Assembly (NCBI GenBank): GCA_963665665.1
Contig: OY762428.1
Span: forward strand, 1,152,001-1,216,000
Source: Candidatus Kapaibacterium sp.
GTDB lineage: Bacteria > Bacteroidota > Ignavibacteria > Kapaibacteriales > UBA2268
Reading direction: 5' to 3'
DNA length: 64,000 bases
The position numbers and the translations under genes were made by a program. The notes under the pieces are model-generated. The model did no database searches. It had not been told where the DNA came from and saw only the letters and a list, made by a program, of their open reading frames with translations. Of the stretch, positions 28,522 to 39,900 are shown one piece after another (position 1 is the first letter of the stretch; each line of letters opens with the position of its first letter).

Positions 28522-29304
28522 TTATCTTCTCCGGAAATATTTTATGCTTGTAATATAGTCTTCAATATCCCGATGCCATTTTCTACGGATCAGCATCAGC
28601 TCGTAACCGTCTGAGTCATATTTATAATAAGAAAGAAGCCCGTCATTATTGTATAGCCTGAGAATATTGAAAGCATAATCCCAGCTTCCGCTTACAGTAC
28701 TCCAGCTTCCCCCGTTACGCGGCCTGGTCTGATTGAAAAAATCACCTCCGGCATTAAATTCATATACCTCATCTATCTGAACGTCAAGTACAGAGTAGCT
28801 ATTTGTATCAGTCCCACGGATGCTGTCAATTCTTGTCAAATCCCATAATCCGGCTAATGCAGGGTCAACATTTATCCTGTCGTAAGTGAACAGCCAGGTG
28901 GTTGAAGTCATATTTTCTCTATTGAAATCAGAAGTTATGAATGAGAATTGCTGGTTGGACATTGAAAAGGTTCCCTCAATATCCTGACCGTTAAAATCAT
29001 AAAATTTCAACTTATTGTCCCAGGCACGCCAGTTGCCAATTCCATCAATTAATAATGCCTTATCAATAATAACGTATTTATAGGATTCGTCATCGAACAT
29101 CTGCAAAAAAACATGATAGTCAGCATCGTCAGGCGAACTCGCCCAGTAGGTATTGTCATCATAATCCTCACGGATATTTGTCATCAGCCAGTCACCATCA
29201 AAATCGGCTATCAAATCAGGATCCGTTCCATTTTCAACACAGGAAGAAAAACCCAGAATAATGATCACAATTATTGTTAAAAAAGCATATTTTTGAATAA
29301 ACAT
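28522..29304 (-). CDS. Lipoprotein with two lipocalin-like domains
   Basis: Lipobox-like GFSSC; two GxW-start repeats (FDGDWLM, LAGLWDL); start moved to MFIQK. Confidence 0.65.
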   Translation of the reverse strand: MFIQKYAFLTIIVIIILGFSSCVENGTDPDLIADFDGDWLMTNIREDYDDNTYWASSPDDADYHVFLQMFDDESYKYVIIDKALLIDGIGNWRAWDNKLKFYDFNGQDIEGTFSMSNQQFSFITSDFNRENMTSTTWLFTYDRINVDPALAGLWDLTRIDSIRGTDTNSYSVLDVQIDEVYEFNAGGDFFNQTRPRNGGSWSTVSGSWDYAFNILRLYNNDGLLSYYKYDSDGYELMLIRRKWHRDIEDYITSIKYFRRR

Positions 29305-29412
29305 ATTTTTTCTCCTAATATTTTTTTCAAAGATAATTAACAATTGTCAAACTTCACAAACAAACATTTTTCTTATTATTACGTTAACAAGAATTTTAGG
29401 TTATAAATTATT

Positions 29413-30810
29413 TTGGCAAAAAGGATGAATAAGTCTCGGGAGCTTGGCGAGGAGAAGATCGGCAAATTGTTATGGAAATATTTCCTTCCATCATTCATAG
29501 GGATGACAGCCAATTCACTGTATAATATTGTTGACAGAATTTTTATCGGACGCGGAGTTGGGACTCTTGAGTTATCAGGAGTCAGCCTGGTTTTTCCGGT
29601 AATGATGATTGTTTTTGCAGTTGGGCTTTTGTTTGGTATCGGTACTGGTGTGCTGGTATCAATAAATATGGGTAGAAGGGACATGGGTTCGGCAGAAAAA
29701 GTTCTGGGAACCGGGACTCTCCTGATCGTTTTAGTAGCTTTGCTAACAACCGCGTTTGGATATTTAATTAAAACACCGCTACTCGAATCTTTCGGTGCCA
29801 ATTCTGAAACTATTGGTTTTGCACAGGAATACTTAGATATTATTCTTGCGGGAACAATACTCCAAATGCTGGGCATGGGCCTGAATATTGTTATCAGGTC
29901 GGAAGGCAATGCCAATATAGCCATGTACTCAATGCTTATCAGTGCCGGTTTGAATATTTTGCTCGACCCGATATTTATTTTCTGGTTTGATATGGGGATT
30001 TCCGGAGCAGCTATAGCAACCCTGATATCTCAGTCTGTCCTGCTAATATGGGTTCTGGCTCACTTCAGAAGCAAACGTTCAGTTGTTCATTTGAAGCCGG
30101 CTAATTTAAGATTTAATCCTGAATTCGCAAGAAAAATTTTAGCCATCGGAATGGCACCATTTGCCATGCATATTCTCGGCAGCCTGATAATGGCTGTACT
30201 CAACAGTCAGCTTATCAAATACGGAGGCGACATTGCAGTAGGTGCGATGGGCATAATTCAAAGTATTGCAATGATGATAATTATGTCCATAATATCCCTG
30301 AACATGGCTTCTCAGCCAATTATTGGCTTCAACCATGGTGCAGGGCTTGTTTCAAGAGTAAAAGAAACACTTGTGCTTGGTATGAAAGCAGCAACAGTAA
30401 TATCAATTGGAACTTTTCTCATTGTTCAGTTATTTCCTGAAAGTATAATATCACTGTTCAGTTCCGGCGATCAGAAATTACTTGATATTGGCTCAAGGGG
30501 AATAAGGATGTACTTACTTCTTTTGCCATTGATTGGCTTCCAGATTGTTGTTTCTAATTATTTCCAATCAATAGGAAATGCAAAAATCGCAATGATACTA
30601 ACCTTAATGAGGCAGGCAATAATACTTTTACCTGCATTATTCATACTTCCATTTTTCTATGGCCTTGACGGTATATGGCTTGCAGCTCCCATATCAGATT
30701 TTGCATCTTCAATTGTAGTTGTTTGGTTTCTGGTAAGGGAATGGAAGGTTCTTAACATTGAAGACAAGTTACCGGAAGAACTTGATCCTGTCCCTGTGAA
30801 AATAAGATAG
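29413..30810 (+). CDS. MATE family efflux transporter (MepA-like)
   Basis: LYNIVDRIFIG, IRSEGN, LNILLDPIFIF and QPIIGFNHGA; about 12 TM. Confidence 0.94.
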   Translation: MAKRMNKSRELGEEKIGKLLWKYFLPSFIGMTANSLYNIVDRIFIGRGVGTLELSGVSLVFPVMMIVFAVGLLFGIGTGVLVSINMGRRDMGSAEKVLGTGTLLIVLVALLTTAFGYLIKTPLLESFGANSETIGFAQEYLDIILAGTILQMLGMGLNIVIRSEGNANIAMYSMLISAGLNILLDPIFIFWFDMGISGAAIATLISQSVLLIWVLAHFRSKRSVVHLKPANLRFNPEFARKILAIGMAPFAMHILGSLIMAVLNSQLIKYGGDIAVGAMGIIQSIAMMIIMSIISLNMASQPIIGFNHGAGLVSRVKETLVLGMKAATVISIGTFLIVQLFPESIISLFSSGDQKLLDIGSRGIRMYLLLLPLIGFQIVVSNYFQSIGNAKIAMILTLMRQAIILLPALFILPFFYGLDGIWLAAPISDFASSIVVVWFLVREWKVLNIEDKLPEELDPVPVKIR

Positions 30811-30812
30811 AA

Positions 30813-31439
30813 TCAGATTTTTAGAAATTCAAAGATTTCATGCATTTGGGTAAAAGTAGAATTCGGGCTTAAAATATTAAATTTTGGTTGAATTTTCGCA
30901 TTCAACTTTGCATTTTCAAGATATGGTTTTAATCTTTGATAAATATCCTTATAATTTTTCTTGTAATATCTTTCTGATTTATTATAATCAGAGATCGGGG
31001 TATTTTCTAATTCACTAATAATTTTATCGCAATTATCAATATACTTGAAGCCATGCTTGAAGTACAACAAATACCAATATTCAAGACATGGAAAATTAAT
31101 AATGACACTAACATTGTCCATTTTTTTAATTTTTTCCAAATATTCAATAAATCTATTTATAGTTGATTTATCAGTCTTGCTTCTTTTGTGTTCCATCAAA
31201 ATTGTATCGAAATCAACAATCCAAAAAACCTGATCATAATGAAGACTATTTTCAACTACAATTTTATACAAATCACTAAGACTTTTTCTTTTTGGCAATT
31301 CCGGCTTGAATGCAATATGCCGTATATTCTCATTTTTCTTCATCATTTGAAGATACCAAATTTCAGTTTTCCCATCAACAACAAAGGAATATTTTTGAGC
31401 CGCGCTTTTCTTTCTTCTATGTTTTGATCTATTCATCAT
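30813..31439 (-). CDS. RloB-family (Toprim-like) protein, AbiLii-like
   Basis: VVDGKTEIWY, WIVDFD and NFPCLEYWYLLYF; start moved to MMNRS, overlapping the ATPase stop. Confidence 0.85.
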   Translation of the reverse strand: MMNRSKHRRKKSAAQKYSFVVDGKTEIWYLQMMKKNENIRHIAFKPELPKRKSLSDLYKIVVENSLHYDQVFWIVDFDTILMEHKRSKTDKSTINRFIEYLEKIKKMDNVSVIINFPCLEYWYLLYFKHGFKYIDNCDKIISELENTPISDYNKSERYYKKNYKDIYQRLKPYLENAKLNAKIQPKFNILSPNSTFTQMHEIFEFLKI

Positions 31440-32739
31440 CCATATCAATATAGTAATCACCAATATTCGGAACAGCTCCGAGTTTCCCGATTTTATATGC
31501 ATTATAAACAGAACTCGTGTTCCTGATTGTTGAAGAATCAAAATCAGCAAGCGAATATAATTCCGTACTGCTGCCTTCGTTTTTCTCTGCAAACCAAATA
31601 GAATCATTTCTGAATATATCCTTTTCCGTTAGCAACTCCCTGTAGTGGGTTGTGGCAATCAACTGTGATTTATTACTATTGACAAGAAAAGAAAGCAGAA
31701 AATGCCTAAGTAATTCAGGATGTAATGAAGATTCAATCTCGTCAATCACTATAATTGAACTCTTCTTTATCATTATATTCAATAATCCGGCAAGTTCGTA
31801 ATATTTTATAGTTCCTGCTGATTCGTCTTCCAATTTTAAATTATACTTTGAATTGTCAATATTATGGGCAAATAGAATTTCACCCACTTCCATTTTGCCT
31901 GTTTTTTCGTACTCTTGTATAATATTTTTCGGGAAAGGAGTAATAAATTGTAAAAAATCAATTTGAGATTTTTCAATATGCCTTTCGGATTTCTTTAAAA
32001 TAATATCAGAAATGTCAAAATCAGCTTTTCTAAGAAGCTCAATAATTATTTTTTTGTCTAGAATGTTTTCATCCAGTCCGCCTGAAATATTAGGATATAG
32101 TGGAGACGAAGGCTCAACAATTGGTTTAAGCAGGTTATTAAACCAATCTGATACATTCTCCAGTTGTTCAATATAAATATTTGTTTTCAGATAGCCGCCA
32201 AGCACCGTATTATTAGTCAATGTATTGGTTTCGAGAACATTTTTAGCTTCCTTGCTAATACTTATCTTACTTCCAAAGGAAATTTTTGATATCATTTTTA
32301 ATGTATCAGTTGTCCGGTTAAATACAATCGCCTTATTTGGATCATGGAAAAGAAGTGATTCTTTTACAATAGAAGTTTGATTAAATTCTAAATAATAGGT
32401 GTATTTTATTCCCTTATGAATAAAATCTATACCTAATTTAGTGTTTGCCTTTGACGTTACCGCGTTAAACAGAAAAGGTTTGTAGTAAAGTAAATCATTT
32501 TTCTTTTCAAGCGGTTGAGTTACAAGAACTCTAAGTAGTTCAATGGCCATTAAAATATTAGTTTTTCCCGATGCATTGGCCCCGTATATCAAGCCAAATT
32601 TTAATATCCTGATCTTCTTTCCATTTCCGCATTTTAAAATATAATAATCTTCGAGATCTTTTGACCTGTCTGCTTCAAAAGACAAGACAATCTCTTCCTT
32701 AATCGATTTGAAGTTCTCAACTCTAAAATTTAATATCAT
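31429..32739 (-). CDS. AAA_21/RloA-type ABC ATPase, AbiLi-like
   Basis: VENFKSI, YGANASGKTN, ESAGT, IDEIESSLHP, QLIATTH and GKLGAVP motifs. Confidence 0.9.
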   Translation of the reverse strand: MILNFRVENFKSIKEEIVLSFEADRSKDLEDYYILKCGNGKKIRILKFGLIYGANASGKTNILMAIELLRVLVTQPLEKKNDLLYYKPFLFNAVTSKANTKLGIDFIHKGIKYTYYLEFNQTSIVKESLLFHDPNKAIVFNRTTDTLKMISKISFGSKISISKEAKNVLETNTLTNNTVLGGYLKTNIYIEQLENVSDWFNNLLKPIVEPSSPLYPNISGGLDENILDKKIIIELLRKADFDISDIILKKSERHIEKSQIDFLQFITPFPKNIIQEYEKTGKMEVGEILFAHNIDNSKYNLKLEDESAGTIKYYELAGLLNIMIKKSSIIVIDEIESSLHPELLRHFLLSFLVNSNKSQLIATTHYRELLTEKDIFRNDSIWFAEKNEGSSTELYSLADFDSSTIRNTSSVYNAYKIGKLGAVPNIGDYYIDMDDE

Positions 32740-32988
32740 TTTTTATCTAATATTTGTAAATCAATTACATATATCAATATAATTATTATAATATAAAGAA
32801 TATTTGTTAAAATACAATGATTATTTCTACAAATTATCACAATAAAAAATATTTTATTTTCCATTTTTTCAGTTTCTTCTATTTGACTGATTTTACTATT
32901 CCTATTGTGAAATATTAAATTATTTTGATATTTTTGATACTTGATTGATAATCGGAAAAAAAACTATAAAACTGATTAGAATAAAACG

Positions 32989-33555
32989 ATGACATACAAC
33001 GGAGCAAAAATGATAAGGCCAGACTGGGATCAATTATACATTACAATGTGCTACCTTGTTGGTATGCGAAGCAGGGATTCACATACTCATGTGGGCTCGG
33101 TAATAGTGGATTCGGATAATGTTTTGGTATCCACGGGGTACAACTCCCTGCCACGTGGAATTGAAATAGACAACGAGGAAAAAAGGCTTTCCAGGGAAAA
33201 CGGTGAAAAATATTACTGGCTGGAACATGCCGAAAGAAACGCGATTTACAACGCTGCCCGGCGGGGAACCGTGCTAAAGGGATGCAAACTTTACGTACCG
33301 TGGACTCCTTGTGCCGATTGTGCCAGGGGTATCATCCAGTGTGGTATTTCCGAGGTAATTATCCATAAGAACGGCCAGGATTTTTACGATGAACATACAA
33401 ATGGCAAATGGGTTGCCCAGCACGACAGAACCAATGAAATGTTCAGTGAAGCAGGCGTGAAAGTTCGTATGCTTGAATGTGACGTAGTAATACCGGAAAT
33501 TTATATGAATGCGAAAATCCACGATGCACAGGTATATCTTAATAAACAGACTTAA
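32989..33555 (+). CDS. dCMP deaminase (ComEB-like)
   Basis: RPDWD, STGYN, HAERNAI and PCADC zinc motifs. Confidence 0.9.
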   Translation: MTYNGAKMIRPDWDQLYITMCYLVGMRSRDSHTHVGSVIVDSDNVLVSTGYNSLPRGIEIDNEEKRLSRENGEKYYWLEHAERNAIYNAARRGTVLKGCKLYVPWTPCADCARGIIQCGISEVIIHKNGQDFYDEHTNGKWVAQHDRTNEMFSEAGVKVRMLECDVVIPEIYMNAKIHDAQVYLNKQT

Positions 33556-33576
33556 ATTTTATTTGAATTTGATATT

Positions 33577-33609
33577 AAAAACGGGACTTTTTAAAAGCCC
33601 CGTTTTTTT
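33577..33609. terminator. Bidirectional terminator between convergent genes
   Basis: aaaaacggg...cccgttttttt. Confidence 0.7.
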
Positions 33610-33615
33610 AATTTT

Positions 33616-36600
33616 TTATCTGACTATAAATTTTGATACTTTGAAATTCTTTCCTGATGAGACCCTTATAAAATATATCCCGGGGGAAAGCTTTAAGTTC
33701 AGGTTTTTGGAATAAACCAAATCCAACTTTTTAAATTTACCCTTATCAATAATATATCCTTTTAAATCAGATATTTCATAATGAATATCACCAATAAACC
33801 CATTAGATAGTTTAAGCGCAAATTCACCATCATTAGGATTGGGAATTATTTCAATATCACTATTTGATTGAAGATTATCTTCAACACCCAAAATATAATC
33901 ATAAGCCTCGGATTCTGCATCACAACCATTTTCATCATAAATTACTACCGTAACCAGGCCACTACTTTGAGGCTGAAAGGTAGATGACTCCTCACCCTGA
34001 ACCGGCTCGCCGTCAAGATTCCACTGATATCCGGTTGCCGGAGTAGAATAAAGAACCCCGTCGGTTTCCGATATTTCTGGTTTATCCGGGTTGGGAACCA
34101 CCGTCACTTCCAGGCTGTCAATAGCTTTACAGCCATCTTTTGTCCAGGCCGAAAGAGTATATATACCTGCTTCAGTAATAAATCTTTTTTTATCAGTAGA
34201 GCCGTCCTCCCATTCGAAATCAATAAATCCAAGCCCGGATTGCAGCATAAGGGTATCTCCTTCACACAATGGATTATTGCCATTTGTCCGGATTTTTAAT
34301 TCAGGAACGCCATAAACAGTTACGTGGATAGTTTCTGACTTGGCAAAACAGTTTTTCTCGTTAGTGATCTTAACATTGTAAAGTCCGTTATCTTTTACAA
34401 CAATCGACCTTGTCGAGTCGCCTGTTGACCATTCAAATACCAGGTTATCAATATCATCGCGATCTGCAATATCAATTACCAGGCTGTCGCCTTCACAAAA
34501 ATCAGTTTCCCCGAGAAGTACAAGTTCCGGAGCATCAAGGTCGCAGTCAATAATCTCTGTTTCCCAAACTCCCCTGCCAAATGTAGCAGCTCTTAATTTT
34601 CCGGAACCATAGTGAATCTCAACTTCATTAACAACAACAGATGGCATACCATCGAAGAACGGTTCCCAATCCGAGGAATTATTATCCCTGTAAAACACTC
34701 CAATATCAGTACCTATATAAAGCCTGTCATCCGAGCTCTTCTCGTAAACAATAGAACTAACAGGAATATTCGGAAGTGTTCCTGTAATATTTATCCACTC
34801 GCTGCCATCATATTCAAAAACTTTATTTATTGCCGAGAACCCAGACAGGCAAACCCAAAGGCGCTCCGGATTCTCAGGATGAACTGCTATCTGAGAAATA
34901 TTGCCGGGAGGAGTAAACAATACTTCCCAGCTATTGCCACCATCACTTGTATAATATAGCCTTGAACTATTAGCTGCAAAAATATACTCAGAATTTGAAG
35001 GAGCTACAGCCAAAGCAGCCATAGTACGGCTCTGATTCAGATCGGATATCTTTTCCCAGTTATTCCCACGGTTTGTCGATTTCCAGACATTTTGAAAACC
35101 TGCGTAAATTATCCGGGGATCGGATGGGTCAATTAGAAATGGTGTAATCCATGCACCATTTTCATTAGTAATATTTCCGTTTAGAATCCCGGTTGCACTA
35201 TAACCGCCGTCAGTTGTTCTGGTAAGATTACCATAATACTGGGCATAATAAGCAATTTGCGAATTAGCCGGATCAACAGCACATTCCATACCGTCTCCAC
35301 CGACAATATGTGCCCATTCACCGTTGGAATATCTCTGCACACCATTGTCCTGTGTTCCGCAATAAATTATGCTTTCATCTGTAGCAGCATTGCCAAACCT
35401 GTATATCTGATGAATACTCATCCCGTCAGTAATATCTTCCCAATTTTTGGCATTATCGGAAGTTACATATACGCCGCCATCATTGGAATTGAAAAGTTCA
35501 TTAGTTCCCGGCCTGAATTCCAGGTAATGCTGATCAGCATGAACATAGGGCCTTTTGCTGCCCGTCCAATGAGTAACACTTTCCCAGCTGCCTCCGCCAT
35601 CCTGTGTTCTCCAGATATTTATTCCGCCAACATAAACAACATTATCTTCAGTTGGAGAAGCCGCAATGCAAAGATCATAGAACCCCTGCCCACCATCGTC
35701 TCCCCCGTTCCTGTTCCTGCCAAGAATATTGGGTTCAGTAGCTGTAACAGCCCAGGTATCACCGGCATCAGTAGAACGCACAAAAGAATGAAAACCCGAA
35801 TCATAAGAATTGGCTATAACAGCAAAAAATTTATCAGTGTCGAACGGACTTGAAGTCAACTCAATCCTTGAAGCTCCATTTGCCTGAAATATATGATCCC
35901 ATTCCACTCCTCCGTCAGTTGACTTAAAAATGGCACAATTACCTGCATTATAAGATACAGTGGCAACAATAATATTCGGGTCGTCGGTTTTGAATTCCAT
36001 ATCTTTAAAAAATCCGGCAGATGAGCGCTGCTCCCATGAATCACCACCATTTGTCGAACGGTAAACACCACCCTTACCCCCGGCAAGAATAATATCAGGA
36101 TCATCCGGGTTTATCAACAATCTTGCTATCAAATGGCCATCATCTATTTCTCTCTGCAAGCCTGTTAGCTTCCAGGTCTGTCCGCCGTCTGTCGATTTGA
36201 TAACACCAATGCTGTAGCCACGCGTCATGGAATACCCGTTTGCATCGCCTGTGGCAATATAAATTTCATCTGAATTATCAGGATTAATGGCAACATCAGT
36301 AATTCCCATAGCAAGAAAATCAGTTGTAGGCAGCAGTTCCCAATCCTGCCCGAGATTTGTTGAACGCCAGCAACCTCCGCCAGCCGAACCTGCATATAAA
36401 ATATTATTATTGTTAGGATCAAACCTTAACACATTTACCCTGCCAAGCCCGGAAGATTGATACCCCAATTTATTAACCGGCACATCAACAGGCCCGATCT
36501 CTTTCCAGTCAGCCACTGAGGATAATTTAGATTCTTTTCTTTTCTTCTGCATGTAAGAATCTATTTCCATCTTCACACTGAGCATATCAGGAAAAGAACC

Positions 36601-36828
36601 ATCAGGCAACAAACGCTGGCTCCAGAACCATTCCCATCTTTTAAACTGCTTCCAGCCTTTGCCTTTCTGAATTTCTTTGTCTTTAAAAAATTTGTTGAAC
36701 GAACTACTGATTTCCTGGAAATTTTCTCTCTGGTCGGGGCTGATATTGTAATACCAGCTTTGGCCGAAAGAATAAGAAAAAAAGCTAAAAAAGAAAACGA
36801 TTATCAATAAACTTGTAATTTTGGTCAT
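33616..36828 (-). CDS. Secreted VPS10/BNR (Asp-box) beta-propeller protein with Ig-like repeats and T9SS CTD (paralog A)
   Basis: KGWKQFKRWEWFW, many S.DGG.TW repeats, HADQH, GGDGM, ATFGRG.W; PNPNDG...KFIVR CTD. Confidence 0.9.
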   Translation of the reverse strand: MTKITSLLIIVFFFSFFSYSFGQSWYYNISPDQRENFQEISSSFNKFFKDKEIQKGKGWKQFKRWEWFWSQRLLPDGSFPDMLSVKMEIDSYMQKKRKESKLSSVADWKEIGPVDVPVNKLGYQSSGLGRVNVLRFDPNNNNILYAGSAGGGCWRSTNLGQDWELLPTTDFLAMGITDVAINPDNSDEIYIATGDANGYSMTRGYSIGVIKSTDGGQTWKLTGLQREIDDGHLIARLLINPDDPDIILAGGKGGVYRSTNGGDSWEQRSSAGFFKDMEFKTDDPNIIVATVSYNAGNCAIFKSTDGGVEWDHIFQANGASRIELTSSPFDTDKFFAVIANSYDSGFHSFVRSTDAGDTWAVTATEPNILGRNRNGGDDGGQGFYDLCIAASPTEDNVVYVGGINIWRTQDGGGSWESVTHWTGSKRPYVHADQHYLEFRPGTNELFNSNDGGVYVTSDNAKNWEDITDGMSIHQIYRFGNAATDESIIYCGTQDNGVQRYSNGEWAHIVGGDGMECAVDPANSQIAYYAQYYGNLTRTTDGGYSATGILNGNITNENGAWITPFLIDPSDPRIIYAGFQNVWKSTNRGNNWEKISDLNQSRTMAALAVAPSNSEYIFAANSSRLYYTSDGGNSWEVLFTPPGNISQIAVHPENPERLWVCLSGFSAINKVFEYDGSEWINITGTLPNIPVSSIVYEKSSDDRLYIGTDIGVFYRDNNSSDWEPFFDGMPSVVVNEVEIHYGSGKLRAATFGRGVWETEIIDCDLDAPELVLLGETDFCEGDSLVIDIADRDDIDNLVFEWSTGDSTRSIVVKDNGLYNVKITNEKNCFAKSETIHVTVYGVPELKIRTNGNNPLCEGDTLMLQSGLGFIDFEWEDGSTDKKRFITEAGIYTLSAWTKDGCKAIDSLEVTVVPNPDKPEISETDGVLYSTPATGYQWNLDGEPVQGEESSTFQPQSSGLVTVVIYDENGCDAESEAYDYILGVEDNLQSNSDIEIIPNPNDGEFALKLSNGFIGDIHYEISDLKGYIIDKGKFKKLDLVYSKNLNLKLSPGIYFIRVSSGKNFKVSKFIVR

Positions 36829-36911
36829 TTTTCTGCCCGGTTAATTGTAATACTCCCTGCTAATTGTTCCCTTCGAATATCAGATGGCACCTGATATCAT
36901 ACTTAAAAATT

Positions 36912-36941
36912 GCCGTCCGAATAATATTATATCCGGACGGC
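36912..36941 (-). terminator. Hairpin/terminator between the two VPS10 paralogs
   Basis: gccgtccg...cggacggc 8-bp stem. Confidence 0.5.
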
Positions 36942-36959
36942 TGATAACTAAAAGATTAT

Positions 36960-39900
36960 CTATTCTTTCACAAATCTTGTATTCAACAGTTTTGAACCTG
37001 ATTCCAGGATAATAATATAAACACCCGGCTCCAGATTCGATATATCAATTTTCTGCCTGATCATCTGAGAATTAGAATTGTACTCTCCGCTATAACAATT
37101 CTTGCCCAGAATATCAGTTATTCTGATCCGGTAATTATTAATACCATCAGCAAATGATTCAACAGTTATCTGTTCGGATGCCGGATTCGGCCTGACCACA
37201 AGGTAAGAACTAACTACTTCCTGATCATCTACCGAGGAAACGATTACCTCCATTGGTTCAGATACTGCCTTGCAGCCGTTTTCAGAACTTATTTCCACGT
37301 AATATATACCGTTTTCAATTACTGTATAATCACGGGATGTAGCTCCGCTGATTTTTTTGCCGTCTTTGTACCACTGATAGGCTTGTGCTTCTGAACTTGT
37401 AAGAGTAGTTTCATTCTTAGTAACAACCGGTTTGTCCGGAGCATCAAGCATTTCAACCATAATTGTATCAATTTTTATACAGCCGGCATCTGTTGTTCCT
37501 TTACAGCTATATTCTCCGGGCTGCCAAACTTTAATATTTCTATCTGTTTCACCTGTTGACCATAGAAACTCTTCAAAGGAAATACTGGCTGTAAGTGTGA
37601 TTGTATCACCCTGGCAGAATGGATTTCCGCCAAGTGCCCTTAGCTTTAAGTCCGGAACGGGATTAACCGTAACTGAAACTGTTTCCGTACTGGCTTTGCA
37701 GTTTTGATTATCTGTAACAGTACAATAATAATCTCCGGTTTCATCAACAACAATCGAATTAGTTGTTTCACCGTTATTCCATTCATAAGATTTATAAATA
37801 TCCGGAACGGATAAAGTTGTTGTTTCTCCTTCACATAAAGAGGTTTTTCCCTGAATTTCCACATCCGGTGCTTGAAGGCTGCAATTGGATACAGGAACTT
37901 CCCATAAGCCGCGGCCATAAGTTGCCGCCCTCATAACACCATTTGAATAAACAATATCAAGGTCGTTAATTACTACATTCGGAAGATTAACCCCATACAG
38001 TTCCCAATCTTCCATATTGTTATCTTTATAAAGAACACCAATATCAGTGCCGATATAAAGCCTGTCGGGTGTATCATTCTGATAGGCAATACAGTTTACC
38101 GGAACATTAGGTAATGATCCTGATACATTCACGAATTCAGTTCCGGTAAATTCATATACTTTTTCCCCATCTCCGTAACCGCCAAGAGTAAACCAGAAAT
38201 GCTCCGGTGATTTAGGATCAACAGCCACGGAGCTGAAAGGAAGCCCTGCTGTTATTAAAATACCCCAATTCCGGCCTCCGTCAGTTGTCCTGATCATTTT
38301 ATAACTCTCCCCATCCCAATTCATCAATACATATATAAAATCGGAGTTGGAAGGTGCTACAGAAATATGCCTGACAGTTGTGGGCAGACCAAAATTTGAT
38401 AACCTTTCGCCTGTTTCTCCCCTGTTTTCCAGTTTAAAAATATTCTGATATCCAATGTAAATAGTTTTTGTATCCTGAGGATCGAACACATAAGGTGTTA
38501 CCCAGGCACCCGCTTCATTAACAGCAGCCTGGTTTACCAATGGCAGAAAGCTGTCGCCACCGTCAGTGGAACGCCAGACAGAACCATAATAAAGCGATGT
38601 ATAAATATATCTTTCGTCTTCCTGATCTATCAGGCAGTCCATTCCGTCACCACCAAGGATGGTTTTCCACTGCCCGTTTTTCAGCATACTGGTTCCGTTA
38701 TCCTGTGAGCCGGCAACAATTAGATTCTTATTTTTTTCTGTTCCGGTTGATTTATAAAACTGAGTTATCTCAAGGCCGTCAGATAAATCAGACCACGAAG
38801 TCCCCCTATCCGTTGTTTTATGAATTCCACCGTCATTTCCACTATATAAATTTCCATTGCTGTCAAATACAAGGCAATGCTGATCGGCATGAATCCAGGG
38901 AGCGCCTACCCCCGTCCATGATGTAAGGATACTAAAACTAACGCCGCCGTTAACAGATTTCCAGAGGTTAACGCCGCCAATATATACTTCATTTTCATTA
39001 TATGGAGAAATTGCTATTGCAAGATCATAAATACCCTGGCCGCCTTCACCACCTCCGTCAATATCACTATGAAGGTAATTTGGTGTTTCAGCGCCGTCAG
39101 CAACAACAAACCAGTTCTTCCCGGCATCAGTTGACTTAAGCAGGGAATGGAATCCCTGATCGTTGTTGGCATTCAGCATATACACATAATTTGCATTAGC
39201 TTTTGTAACTGCTATTTCAGGTCGTCCAACACCAGGAAGCGGCAGAGGATCGCTTACGCTCGTATTACTCAAATTCACAGTTCTGAAAGTGTACTGGTTA
39301 TTCTCGATAAAACAGGCGAACAGAGTAGTAGGGTCGTCAACCTTGAATTCCATGTCACGGCAGATACCCTGAACATACTGATACCAGTTAGAGCCGCCGT
39401 CCGTTGTACCAAGAATACCGGCATTTGATGCAATAAAAACAATATTTGGATTCGAGGGGTGTACTAACATCCTGTTAATAAGAAGGCCGTTTGCCGGTTC
39501 AATATTCAAATTAGTCCTTGTCCAGCTTGTACCGCCGTTAGTAGTTTTCATTACTCCAACACTAAAACCTCGAACAACACCAAAAAATCCTCCTGCATCG
39601 GAATCGCCTGTGGCTGCGTAAACAATGTTTGAGTTATTAGGTGCAATTTGTATATCAGATATTCCTATAGACATTATACTGGTAAAAGGAAAAGTAAACC
39701 AGTCGGTTCCGCCGTTTGTTGATTTCCATACTCCGCCTGTTGCAGCGCCGGCCCATATTATATTATCATTATCAGGATCAAATGCAATAGTATTTATCCT
39801 CCCCATACCAGACTGTGGTGTCTGAGGTTTCAAAGCAGGCCTTCTTGTAGGGCCGAGCAATGTCCATTCAGGCTCGTCATCAAGCAGCTGATCCTTTTTC

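Noticed and set aside
31440-31607. Long N-terminal extension of RloB
   Set aside because: Overlaps the ATPase gene by about 180 bp; the start at 31439 is more plausible
32989-33555. dCMP deaminase as an anti-phage nucleotide-depletion gene beside RloAB
   Set aside because: Single-domain ComEB-like enzyme without the kinase-like domain, divergently transcribed, ordinary base composition
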